32,000 nucleotides of DNA. Source: Candidatus Nanobsidianus stetteri (GTDB lineage Archaea > Nanobdellota > Nanobdellia > Nanobdellales > Nanobdellaceae). The stretch covers positions 23,194-55,193 of the forward strand of contig NZ_QEFP02000003.1 of the NCBI RefSeq assembly GCF_003086415.1, given 5' to 3'. Shown in pieces: positions 15,631-23,810 of the stretch (position 1 is the first letter of the stretch; each line of letters starts with the position of its first letter). Below the pieces are notes generated by a model, which saw only the letters and a list, made by a program, of their open reading frames with translations, searched no databases and had not been told where the DNA came from. A program made the translations under genes and the position numbers.

Positions 15631-17217
15631 ATGGGGTTTCCAGTTGATATAGATTTTTTAAGGAACAATGTAGAATTATATAAAGAAACATTTAGAAAGA
15701 GGGGTTTAGATGAAAGTATTGTAGATAGAGCAATTGAATTAGATAATAAGAGAAGAGAATTACAAAGAGAGTTAGATAAATTAAGATATAAGAAAAATCT
15801 ATTATCAAAGTTTTATGGATCCGTTATTCAATATCTAAATGGAAAAATAGATAGAAATACTTTAATTAAGACAGCAATAGAAATTGGATATGATATACAT
15901 GAAGGAAATGTTTCAGAAGAATTATTAAATAAATTAAAAGAAGATATCAAAGATTTAGATGAAGAAATAAAGAAAAAAGAAGAGGAATTTAATAATGTTG
16001 AGAATAATTTAATAGATCTATTATGGAATTTTCCAAATTTATTATCAAAAGAAGTTCCCGTTGGAGATGAAAGTAAAAACACACCAGTAAGATTTTGGGG
16101 AATTCCCAGGGTATATGATATAAATTTATTTAAAGAACAGACTGAAAAGTTTGGATGGAAAATTGTTGAATTAAATGAAATATTAAATAATAGAGAATAT
16201 GAAAAATATATAAAAAATAGGGAACTACTTGAAGAATTAAATAAAATGTTAAATGATGAAGAAGATTTTAAAGAAATAAATTTCAATGATGTATTAGACT
16301 TTGATAAATTAAATAATGATAAAATAGTAGTATACAAAAAGGTAAATCATGAATTAAAACATCAATATGATATATTAAAAGAATTTAATTTAGCAGATAC
16401 AGATATTGCGGGAGAAGTTTCTGGTTCTAGATTTTACTTTGAATTTAATATATTATCTTTATTAGATTTATCATTGAGTATGGAAGGTGTAAAATATATG
16501 ATAAATAAAGGTTATAGATTTACAATACCACCATATATGTTAAAAAAGGATATATTGGAAGGAATAATAACATTGGATGATTTTGCAGATATGATGTATA
16601 AAATTGATGGAGAAGATTTATATTTGATAGGAACTGCTGAACATCCAATAACTGCATTATATTATAATAGAATTATTGAAGAAGAGCAATTACCAATTAA
16701 AATTGTTGGATGGAGTCCATGTTTTAGGAAAGAAGCAGGTGCACACGGTAAAGATACAAAGGGATTATTTAGATTGCATCAATTCCATAAAATTGAACAA
16801 TATATATTTTGTAAACCGGAAGATTCTGAAAAATATCATAGAGAATTAATAAGAAATGCAGAAGAATTTCTAGAGAAATTAAATATATCATATAGAACAG
16901 TTATAATTGCATCAATGGATATGGGCAAGAGAAATTATAAACAATATGATATTGAAGGATGGTTCCCAGGACAAAATAAATATAGGGAATTAATATCTGG
17001 ATCAAATGTAACAGATTGGCAGTCGAGGAGATCAAATATTAGATATAGAAAAAAAGATAATAGTTTAGATTATGTACATACATTAAATTGTACATTATCT
17101 GCAGTACAAAGAACATTAACATGTATAATAGAAAATAACTATGACTATAAAAATAATAGAATATTAATACCTGGAATATTAAGGCAATATGTTGGAAAAG
17201 ATTTTATAACAAAATAG
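15631..17217 (+). CDS. serS: Seryl-tRNA synthetase (canonical type) with extra insertions
   Basis: N-terminal coiled-coil arm. Class II motifs are GSRFYF, LYLIGTAEHPI, SPCFRKEAGAHGKDTKGLFRLHQFHKIEQY and HTLNCTLSAVQRTLTCIIENN. At 528 aa it is longer than the usual ~420-460 aa. Confidence 0.92.
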   Translation: MGFPVDIDFLRNNVELYKETFRKRGLDESIVDRAIELDNKRRELQRELDKLRYKKNLLSKFYGSVIQYLNGKIDRNTLIKTAIEIGYDIHEGNVSEELLNKLKEDIKDLDEEIKKKEEEFNNVENNLIDLLWNFPNLLSKEVPVGDESKNTPVRFWGIPRVYDINLFKEQTEKFGWKIVELNEILNNREYEKYIKNRELLEELNKMLNDEEDFKEINFNDVLDFDKLNNDKIVVYKKVNHELKHQYDILKEFNLADTDIAGEVSGSRFYFEFNILSLLDLSLSMEGVKYMINKGYRFTIPPYMLKKDILEGIITLDDFADMMYKIDGEDLYLIGTAEHPITALYYNRIIEEEQLPIKIVGWSPCFRKEAGAHGKDTKGLFRLHQFHKIEQYIFCKPEDSEKYHRELIRNAEEFLEKLNISYRTVIIASMDMGKRNYKQYDIEGWFPGQNKYRELISGSNVTDWQSRRSNIRYRKKDNSLDYVHTLNCTLSAVQRTLTCIIENNYDYKNNRILIPGILRQYVGKDFITK

Positions 17218-17289
17218 CCGCGGAGGGGATTCGAACCCCTGATAAGAGGGTCTGCAGCCCTCCCCCTTAGGCCCCTCGGGCACCGCGGC
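17216..17289 (-). tRNA. tRNA-Cys (anticodon GCA), no encoded CCA
   Basis: The reverse complement folds as follows. Acceptor GCCGCGG/CCGCGGC pairs 7/7. Anticodon stem GAGGG/CCCTC carries loop CTGCAGA (anticodon GCA). Variable loop is TTATC. T arm is AGGGG-TTCGAAT-CCCCT. Discriminator is U73, the known Cys identity element. About 70% G+C by hand count. Confidence 0.9.
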
Positions 17290-17292
17290 ATA

Positions 17293-17910
17293 TTAAATTT
17301 TTAATATTCTTTTATTATAAAATTTCTTACTATTTATATCATAATCATATAAAATTGGTACTGCAGGTTCAATTTCTAAATTTAATATTTGTTCTTCATT
17401 TAAATTTTCAATATATGAAACAATCGACCTTAAACTATTACCATGTGCAACAACCAAAACATTTTTATTTAATTCTAGGTCTCCCTTTATTGCTCTTTCA
17501 AAAAATGGTATAGTTCTTTTTTGTGTATCTTCTAAACTTTCCCCATTTGGAGGTCTTACTTTTAAACTTCTCCGCCATAATTTTACTTGTTCTTTTCCAT
17601 ATATTTCTGCAACTTTATCCTTATTTAATCCCTGTAAATCACCATAATGTCTCTCATTTAAGCTAACATCTTTTATTACTGGTATATTATATCCTAATGT
17701 TCTTATAATAATTTCTAAGGCTTCAATTGCTCTTGATAATAAACTTGTATATGCAATATCAAATTTTATATTTAAACTTTTTAATATTTCTCCAGCCTTT
17801 TTTGCCTGTTCTCTTCCTTCATCTGTTAATGGTACATCCACCCATCCAGTAAATCTATTTTCTTTATTCCATAAAGATTCGCCATGTCTTATTAAACATA
17901 ATACTGGCAT
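17293..17910 (-). CDS. gpmA: 2,3-bisphosphoglycerate-dependent phosphoglycerate mutase (histidine phosphatase family)
   Basis: LIRHGESLWNKENRFTGWVDVPLTDEGREQA, ERHYGDLQGLNK, WRRSLKVRPPNGESL and VVAHGNSLRS are all dPGM signature blocks. Confidence 0.85.
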   Translation of the reverse strand: MPVLCLIRHGESLWNKENRFTGWVDVPLTDEGREQAKKAGEILKSLNIKFDIAYTSLLSRAIEALEIIIRTLGYNIPVIKDVSLNERHYGDLQGLNKDKVAEIYGKEQVKLWRRSLKVRPPNGESLEDTQKRTIPFFERAIKGDLELNKNVLVVAHGNSLRSIVSYIENLNEEQILNLEIEPAVPILYDYDINSKKFYNKRILKI

Positions 17911-17911
17911 A

Positions 17912-18295
17912 TTAGTTATTATCTCTTAAATACTTATATACTTGTTTTCCCAATAATGTTAATTTATAATATGTATGATGCATTCTAACTTGAAATTGTT
18001 TCTTTAACCTTGCTTTCGTTCTTTTAACAGTTTTACTATGTACTTCTTCAATTAATCCAATCTCTTTTAATTCTTCTAATATCTTATTTACCTTATTAAT
18101 ATCGATTTTTGTATATTTTGATATATTTTTTGCATAATCTAAATTCGCAATCTTTAAGTGATTTAGAACTTTAAAATAATCTGGATCGTCCTTCAACATT
18201 TTTGCCAATAATTTTATTTCTTCTGACATATATTTAATAATTCTGAAAAATGTATATGTTTTATGAATCCAAAAAATGATCCTGAAAAGAAACAT
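17912..18295 (-). CDS. Winged-helix DNA-binding protein (putative transcriptional regulator)
   Basis: LNHLKIANLDYAKNISKYTKIDINKVNKILEELKEIGLIEE...YYKLTLLGKQVYKYL is a wHTH pattern. The first 22 codons (MFLFRIIFWIHK...) look like AT-rich read-through. The likelier start is MSEEIK at 18229. Confidence 0.6.
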   Translation of the reverse strand: MFLFRIIFWIHKTYTFFRIIKYMSEEIKLLAKMLKDDPDYFKVLNHLKIANLDYAKNISKYTKIDINKVNKILEELKEIGLIEEVHSKTVKRTKARLKKQFQVRMHHTYYKLTLLGKQVYKYLRDNN

Positions 18296-18877
18296 TTTTA
18301 TACATATTGTATAAACGAAAAGGATTATATAAAAAAGGGAGAAAGAGTAGAAATGTTTATATTTTATGAATATATAGAGAAGACATTAAATGAATTTCCA
18401 AAAATAAATGATGATATTTTTGAAATAATTAGACTATTTTTAAATAATATATATTTATTAATAGCTAAACCAGAAGAAAATGAAAAATATTTAAAATATG
18501 CAGTATATATTGAAGAAAAGGCAGAAGAATTGGAAAAAATTGGTAGAGAAAAAATAAGAAGTTTTGTAGATTTTTCAGATATAGATAATGATGAAATCAA
18601 GAAATTAAATAATTTAAGAATAAATATAAGAATATTAGAAGATTTGTTTTGGTTAGTAGTTAAAAATAAAGAAATACCAGATAATGGTCTATATTTAGTT
18701 ATACCACATTTCTTAAATGTATCATCAAAATATGTATTTTATTATATTGTGGTTAAATATTATGATGAATTAAAACCAATTAAAAGATTAGATATTATTG
18801 AAGTAAAATATAATGAAGAAAAATATAGAGAATATTTAAATAAATATAAAAATAAAAGGCTAGATGAATATATATAA
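18263..18877 (+). CDS. Hypothetical protein
   Basis: 204-aa ORF with K/E-rich cytoplasmic composition and no motif I recognise. The long form overlaps the divergent regulator ORF. An alternative start at MFIFYEY (18353) would leave a ~120-nt divergent promoter region. Confidence 0.5.
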   Translation: MNPKNDPEKKHFYTYCINEKDYIKKGERVEMFIFYEYIEKTLNEFPKINDDIFEIIRLFLNNIYLLIAKPEENEKYLKYAVYIEEKAEELEKIGREKIRSFVDFSDIDNDEIKKLNNLRINIRILEDLFWLVVKNKEIPDNGLYLVIPHFLNVSSKYVFYYIVVKYYDELKPIKRLDIIEVKYNEEKYREYLNKYKNKRLDEYI

Positions 18878-18893
18878 AAATTTTTGAAAAAAA

Positions 18894-20198
18894 TTGATTA
18901 TGAAATTTAGTGTAATTACTTTGGGATGTACATTAAATAAAGCTGAAGGGGATATAATGAAAAATATACTAATTAAAAAAGGATATGAATATACAGAAAA
19001 CCCTGATGAAAGTGAAATATTAATAATAAATACATGTACTGTCAAAGGACCGACAGAATCAAAAGCAATAAAATTAATAAATAAATATAAAGACAAAAAA
19101 TTAATTTTAGCTGGCTGTTTAGTACAACATCAACCAGAATTATTTAAAGGATATCCATTAATTGGTTTAGATCATATAGATGAAGTAGATAAAGTTTTAG
19201 AAGATTATTTAAATGGAAAAATAGATGTACTAATTGATAGAAAAAATATAAATAAATTGTTATTACCTTCTGTAGATCAACATCCAATAAAAACAATAAT
19301 ATTACAGGAAGGATGTTTATGGAATTGTTTATATTGCGCTACAAAATTGGCAAGAGGTAATGCAAAATCATATCCTCCAGAATATATTTATAAAGAAGTA
19401 AGAGATGCAAAATTAAAGGGATTAAAAATTATATATTTTACTGGAACAGATCTGGCAACATATGGTTATGATTTAAATATTGATCTAGCAGATTTATTAT
19501 TTGGATTAAAAGATATTAAGGGAGAATATTATGTAAGGATTGGAATGGCAAATCCTGGAATTTTAAATAAATTTATTGATAAATTATTGGAATCTTATAA
19601 TAATGAAAATATATTTAAATTCTTTCACATACCTGTTCAATCGGGATCAAACAATGTATTGAAAACAATGGGTAGGGGATATAGTATTGAAGATTTCTAT
19701 GAATTAGTTGAAAAAATAAGGAAAAGATATTATGAAGGAACAATTGCAACAGATATAATTGTTGGATATCCAACAGAAACTGAAGAAGATTTTAGAAAAA
19801 CATTAGAATTGGTTGAAAATATAAAATTTGATATAATAAATATATCAAAATATTGGCCAAGACCAAAAACATTATCATATAAATTATATAAACAATTACC
19901 TGGTCATATTGTAAAGGAAAGATCTAGAAAACTAAAAATTATATTTAATAAATATGCATATGAAAGAAATAAAGAGTGGTTAAATTGGGAGGGATATGCA
20001 GTTGTAGAATCAAAGGGAAAATATGAAAATACGTGGATTGCTAGAAACTATGCATATAAACAGATTATAGTAAAATCTGATAAAAATATTTTGGGAAAGA
20101 CAATAAAAGTAAAAATTAATAATATTACACCAATTGATTTGAGGGGGGAATTGTTAGAAATAAAGGAAGAAAATCTATTAGAAAAAACATTATATTGA
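18894..20198 (+). CDS. Archaeal MiaB-like radical-SAM methylthiotransferase (CDKAL1/MtaB-type tRNA modification enzyme)
   Basis: The N-terminal MTTase domain is VITLGCTLNKAEGDIM...INTCTVK. The radical SAM cluster is EGCLWNCLYCATKLARG (CxxxCxxC). The C-terminal TRAM-like segment is KTIKVKINNITPIDLRGELL. Confidence 0.85.
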   Translation: MIMKFSVITLGCTLNKAEGDIMKNILIKKGYEYTENPDESEILIINTCTVKGPTESKAIKLINKYKDKKLILAGCLVQHQPELFKGYPLIGLDHIDEVDKVLEDYLNGKIDVLIDRKNINKLLLPSVDQHPIKTIILQEGCLWNCLYCATKLARGNAKSYPPEYIYKEVRDAKLKGLKIIYFTGTDLATYGYDLNIDLADLLFGLKDIKGEYYVRIGMANPGILNKFIDKLLESYNNENIFKFFHIPVQSGSNNVLKTMGRGYSIEDFYELVEKIRKRYYEGTIATDIIVGYPTETEEDFRKTLELVENIKFDIINISKYWPRPKTLSYKLYKQLPGHIVKERSRKLKIIFNKYAYERNKEWLNWEGYAVVESKGKYENTWIARNYAYKQIIVKSDKNILGKTIKVKINNITPIDLRGELLEIKEENLLEKTLY

Positions 20199-20258
20199 TA
20201 ATTTACTACTAATTTGGTAAAATATTATCTTAAATATGCTATAGTTTACTAAAAAATA

Positions 20259-21902
20259 ATGGTAGACCTAAATATTTTAATAGGTGGTCAGGCCGGTCAG
20301 GGAATTGATTTTGCTGCAGATATAATATCAAGGGTATTCATTAAATTGGGGTATAATGTATTTAATTATAGATGGTATATGAGTTTAATTAGGGGAGGAC
20401 ATAATTATAATATTGTTAGTATATCTAAAGAAAAAATATATTCACCATATTTTGAAGATTTTGATTATATAATTGCATTTGATCAAAATACCATAAATTT
20501 ACATAGTAAAAAATTAAAAGAAAGTGGATTAGTAATTGGACCAAAAAATGTTGTATATAATAAAAAAATTGATATAGATTTAGACTATTACTATAAAAAA
20601 TATAATGTTAATAAAAAATATGAAAATACAATTATATTATTGGCATTTTTTAAATATTTAAATATAGATAAAGAAATAGTTAAGGATGTACTTGAAAAAA
20701 GAATAAATGATCCTGAAGAATTAAAATTAATTGATATAATTTATAATGATTTAAATATTAATAGTAAAGAAAATATAGAAAAAAGAATATATAAGAAGCA
20801 ATTTTATTTATCTGGTTCTGAAGGAGTTGCATTGGGAGCAATTGCTGCTGGTTTAGATATATATATTGCATATCCAATGACTCCAGCATCTCCAGTTTTA
20901 CATATTTTAGCATCCTTAAGGGATAAATATAATATTGTAACATACCAACCTGATAGTGAAATTGGTGCAATTAATATTGCTCTAGGCGCATCTTATGCGG
21001 GTGCAAAAGTAATGGTTGGATCCTCAGGAGGTGGTATAGATTTAATGGCAGAGGCAATTAGTTTATCAGGTATGTCAGAAATTCCCTTAGTAATTTACTG
21101 GGCTCAGAGATATGGACCTTCAACAGGTATGGCAACGCATACAGATCAATCAGATCTATTAGAAGCATTAAATATTGGTCATGGAGAATTTCCTAGAATT
21201 GTTATTGCACCTGGAGATCCTGCAGAAGCTTTTGAAAGGACAATTGAAGCATTTCATATTGCATATAAATTTAATAATCCAGTAATATTATTGTCAGATC
21301 TATTTTTAGGGGAATCTAAAATGAATTTTGATTATATATATGTACCAAATATAGAAATATCAAGATATATAGATTTAGAACCTCCAAAGAATTATCAAAA
21401 TTATAAAATAAATGATCAAGGTTATCAATTAAGGGCGATACCTGGTTTTGATGCAATTGTAAAAGCTTCATCATATGAACATGATGAATTTGGTATAGAA
21501 ACAGAAAATCATGAAATTGGACAAAAAATGAGTGAAAAGAGAATGAGAAAATTAGAATCAATTGAAAAAGAAGTAAAAGAATTTGAACCATATCAAATAT
21601 ATGGAGAAGGAAATAAGTTAATTGTTTCTTGGGGTTCGAATAAGATGCCAATATTAGAATCATTAAAATATTTGAAAGGTTGGAAATATTTGCATATATC
21701 TTATCTATCTCCATTTCCAAAAGAAATCAAATATTTGTTAGAAGAATCAAAAGAAATAGTGTCAGTTGAGCATAATTTAACTGGGCAATTATCAAAATTA
21801 ATAAGACAAGAATTGGGAATTGAAATTGAAAATAAATTATTAAAACATTCTGGAGAACCATTTTCGGTCAAAGAAATATTAAGTTATATAAAGAATCTAT
21901 AA
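20259..21902 (+). CDS. 2-oxoacid:ferredoxin oxidoreductase, fused gamma-like plus alpha-like subunit
   Basis: The N-terminus IGGQAGQGIDFAADIISRVF...SLIRGGHNYN is the gamma-domain pattern. Next come LSGSEGVALGAIAAGLDIYIAYPMTPASPV, QPDSEIGAINIALGASYAGAKVMVGSSGGGIDLM and QRYGPSTGMATHTDQSDL, the alpha-domain pattern. Confidence 0.85.
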   Translation: MVDLNILIGGQAGQGIDFAADIISRVFIKLGYNVFNYRWYMSLIRGGHNYNIVSISKEKIYSPYFEDFDYIIAFDQNTINLHSKKLKESGLVIGPKNVVYNKKIDIDLDYYYKKYNVNKKYENTIILLAFFKYLNIDKEIVKDVLEKRINDPEELKLIDIIYNDLNINSKENIEKRIYKKQFYLSGSEGVALGAIAAGLDIYIAYPMTPASPVLHILASLRDKYNIVTYQPDSEIGAINIALGASYAGAKVMVGSSGGGIDLMAEAISLSGMSEIPLVIYWAQRYGPSTGMATHTDQSDLLEALNIGHGEFPRIVIAPGDPAEAFERTIEAFHIAYKFNNPVILLSDLFLGESKMNFDYIYVPNIEISRYIDLEPPKNYQNYKINDQGYQLRAIPGFDAIVKASSYEHDEFGIETENHEIGQKMSEKRMRKLESIEKEVKEFEPYQIYGEGNKLIVSWGSNKMPILESLKYLKGWKYLHISYLSPFPKEIKYLLEESKEIVSVEHNLTGQLSKLIRQELGIEIENKLLKHSGEPFSVKEILSYIKNL

Positions 21903-21960
21903 ATATAAAATATTTTTAACATTTATTATATTTTGATTTATTGTATTTATCAGATAATTT

Positions 21961-22428
21961 TTAAAGATAAAACTTATTTTTCCTTTTATTTAAAACTTTT
22001 TTATCTTTTTCCCATTCTTCAATATCTCCATCAATAATATAAAATATTGGGTTTGGTTCTATTATTTTTTCATTTTTTATTTCTTCATATTTTTCTTTAT
22101 CTCTTACTTTAAGCTTTTCAAGCAAATGTTGAAATTCGAAATTTATTTGACCAATTGTAACTGGCATTTTTAACTTTAAATCATACTTTATTATTTTATC
22201 TTTATTAAAATCATATCCTCTTCTTTTTCCTTCTAAATAAACATAATATAAATAAGTTCCTATATATAATATTGGATCTTCTGTTCTCTTAAATCTTATT
22301 AATTGTGGATGATTTTTATATCCTTTTGTTTTTCCTAACAATACTTTTTGAGCTAATAAACCTTCTCTCCATAAACCTAAAAGACCAGGTTTGTCCAAAT
22401 ATTTTGGATGTAAAGACCAAAGTCTCAT
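21961..22428 (-). CDS. Pyrimidine dimer DNA glycosylase (T4 endonuclease V / Pyr_excise family)-like protein
   Basis: N-terminus MRLWSLHPKYLDKPGLLGLWREGLLAQKVLLGKTKGYKNHPQLIRFK matches the family's conserved N-terminal block. Confidence 0.7.
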   Translation of the reverse strand: MRLWSLHPKYLDKPGLLGLWREGLLAQKVLLGKTKGYKNHPQLIRFKRTEDPILYIGTYLYYVYLEGKRRGYDFNKDKIIKYDLKLKMPVTIGQINFEFQHLLEKLKVRDKEKYEEIKNEKIIEPNPIFYIIDGDIEEWEKDKKVLNKRKNKFYL

Positions 22429-22541
22429 TTTATTTTAAATTAGATAATAAAGGTTTTTAGATATTGGATTAAATAATATTATAAATTGAATTGACTACTC
22501 ATTTTCGTATATTTTATAAAACTTTATAACAAAGTTATAAG

Positions 22542-22910
22542 ATGGAATCAAAAGAAATAATTGGTTGGATTGGGATGTTATTAGCAACTTTTTGGGCTGG
22601 AGTACATATATTAGGAGCAGGAGCAGTGGCAGTAAATGTATCTCCAATACTTGGAGCATTTGTGGGAATGTTTGTAGCATTATCTATAATATCTGGATTA
22701 GTATTCTTATTAAATTGGAAGAAATATTATTTGCCAAACATTATATTTTGGATAATAATGCTAATATTATTATTTGTAGGATATGTTGAATATATTAGAG
22801 GAGGTAATATAAATGCTTTATTTACAAATGTATTTGCTGAGATAGCATTAATAATAGATATAGTAGAAATATTATTGGCACTTGCTATCTGGAAAGTTGA
22901 TAACGAATAA
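22542..22910 (+). CDS. Small integral membrane protein (about 4 TM), function unknown
   Basis: 122-aa ORF made almost entirely of hydrophobic helices. Confidence 0.6.
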   Translation: MESKEIIGWIGMLLATFWAGVHILGAGAVAVNVSPILGAFVGMFVALSIISGLVFLLNWKKYYLPNIIFWIIMLILLFVGYVEYIRGGNINALFTNVFAEIALIIDIVEILLALAIWKVDNE

Positions 22911-22916
22911 TTTTTT
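22911..22916 (+). terminator. Oligo-T tract immediately after the stop codon (possible archaeal termination signal)
   Basis: TAA at 22908-22910 is followed directly by TTTTTT. This is weak evidence in such an AT-rich genome. Confidence 0.25.
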
Positions 22917-23012
22917 AATACATTTTATTTCATAGTTTATATTTATTTTTTCATAATTAATATTTTATCCTTTTTATTTGATTTATAAAAATTAATTTAC
23001 AACTATATTGTT

Positions 23013-23654
23013 ATGGTAGATAATGTTTCTACACAACAATCTGAAAAAATAGATATAGATTTTAAAAGTGTACCATTAAATCCTTTAGGAAAGAACGATA
23101 TAAAAAAATTAGAAACATTTTTAATTATAGGTACTTTATACAGACCAGAAATATTAGAATTAATAAAAGATCCCAATGAAAGATCTACATGGATTGATAG
23201 TTTGACAATCGCGGCAGCAGCTTATGCGAGATATAAAGCAGGAATGCCAATAAGTCTAATTGCAGATGAATTGGGTAGATCTGAAGAAACCATAAGAAAT
23301 CATATTAGTGGAAAAACTAAGGCAGGTTCTCTTATAATAGAAACTTATGAAAAGATAAAGTCAGGGCAATTAAATCTAATTTTGTCATTTAGTAGTTCTA
23401 ATAAAGAATTAGATGAACTAAAAAATCAATTAAAAAATCTTAAAGAAGAAATTGAAAAATTAAAAATGGAAAGGGATGAACTAAAAAATATAATAAATAA
23501 TAAGGAGGAAACAATAAAAAGTTTACAAATAGAAATTGGTAGAATAAAATCTGATTTAGATAAAATTAGTAGAGAAAAGGAGGAAATAATTAATAAATAT
23601 AAATTACTACAAAATAAATTATTGGAAATTAAAAGAATATTAGAAAATATTTAA
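23013..23654 (+). CDS. HTH DNA-binding protein with long C-terminal coiled coil
   Basis: YKAGMPISLIADELGRSEETIRNHISGKTKAG is an HTH of TrpR/sigma-r4-like arrangement. The last ~90 aa are heptad-like and K/E/L/I-rich (ELDELKNQLKNLKEEIEKLKMERDELKN...). Confidence 0.6.
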   Translation: MVDNVSTQQSEKIDIDFKSVPLNPLGKNDIKKLETFLIIGTLYRPEILELIKDPNERSTWIDSLTIAAAAYARYKAGMPISLIADELGRSEETIRNHISGKTKAGSLIIETYEKIKSGQLNLILSFSSSNKELDELKNQLKNLKEEIEKLKMERDELKNIINNKEETIKSLQIEIGRIKSDLDKISREKEEIINKYKLLQNKLLEIKRILENI

Positions 23655-23658
23655 TAAG

Positions 23659-23664
23659 TTTTTT
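23659..23664 (+). terminator. Oligo-T tract 4 nt after the stop codon
   Basis: TAA at 23652-23654 is followed by taag and then TTTTTT. Confidence 0.25.
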
Positions 23665-23810
23665 ATTGAATATTTATTCATTAATACCTTTTATTTCTGC
23701 ATAAAATTTTGTAGAATTTTTAAATGCTATTAGTATATAAATATATTTATTATTATCAAGTGACTGTTGGAATAGAAAAATTTATAAAATATTTTTAATA
23801 ATATTATTAT

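Noticed and set aside
15828-16337. 169-aa minus-strand ORF inside serS
   Set aside because: It is antisense to the K/E/N-rich insertion region of SerRS. The S/F/L-rich junk composition is what the reverse complement of AAA/GAA/AAT-rich coding sequence produces.
21316-21720. 134-aa minus-strand ORF inside the OFOR alpha gene. Similar short track ORFs are 147-395, 1157-1381, 1845-2030, 2551-2760, 3487-3675, 4050-4253, 9058-9315, 11859-12179, 14565-14798, 18364-18600, 18860-19096, 20758-20970, 22495-22680, 22565-22789, 24504-24719, 26075-26299, 29043-29312 and 29381-29602.
   Set aside because: Each is nested in, or antisense to, a longer ORF with recognisable family motifs or coherent membrane or secreted composition. 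None shows any motif. ORF 147-395 also runs straight through the tRNA-Thr gene.
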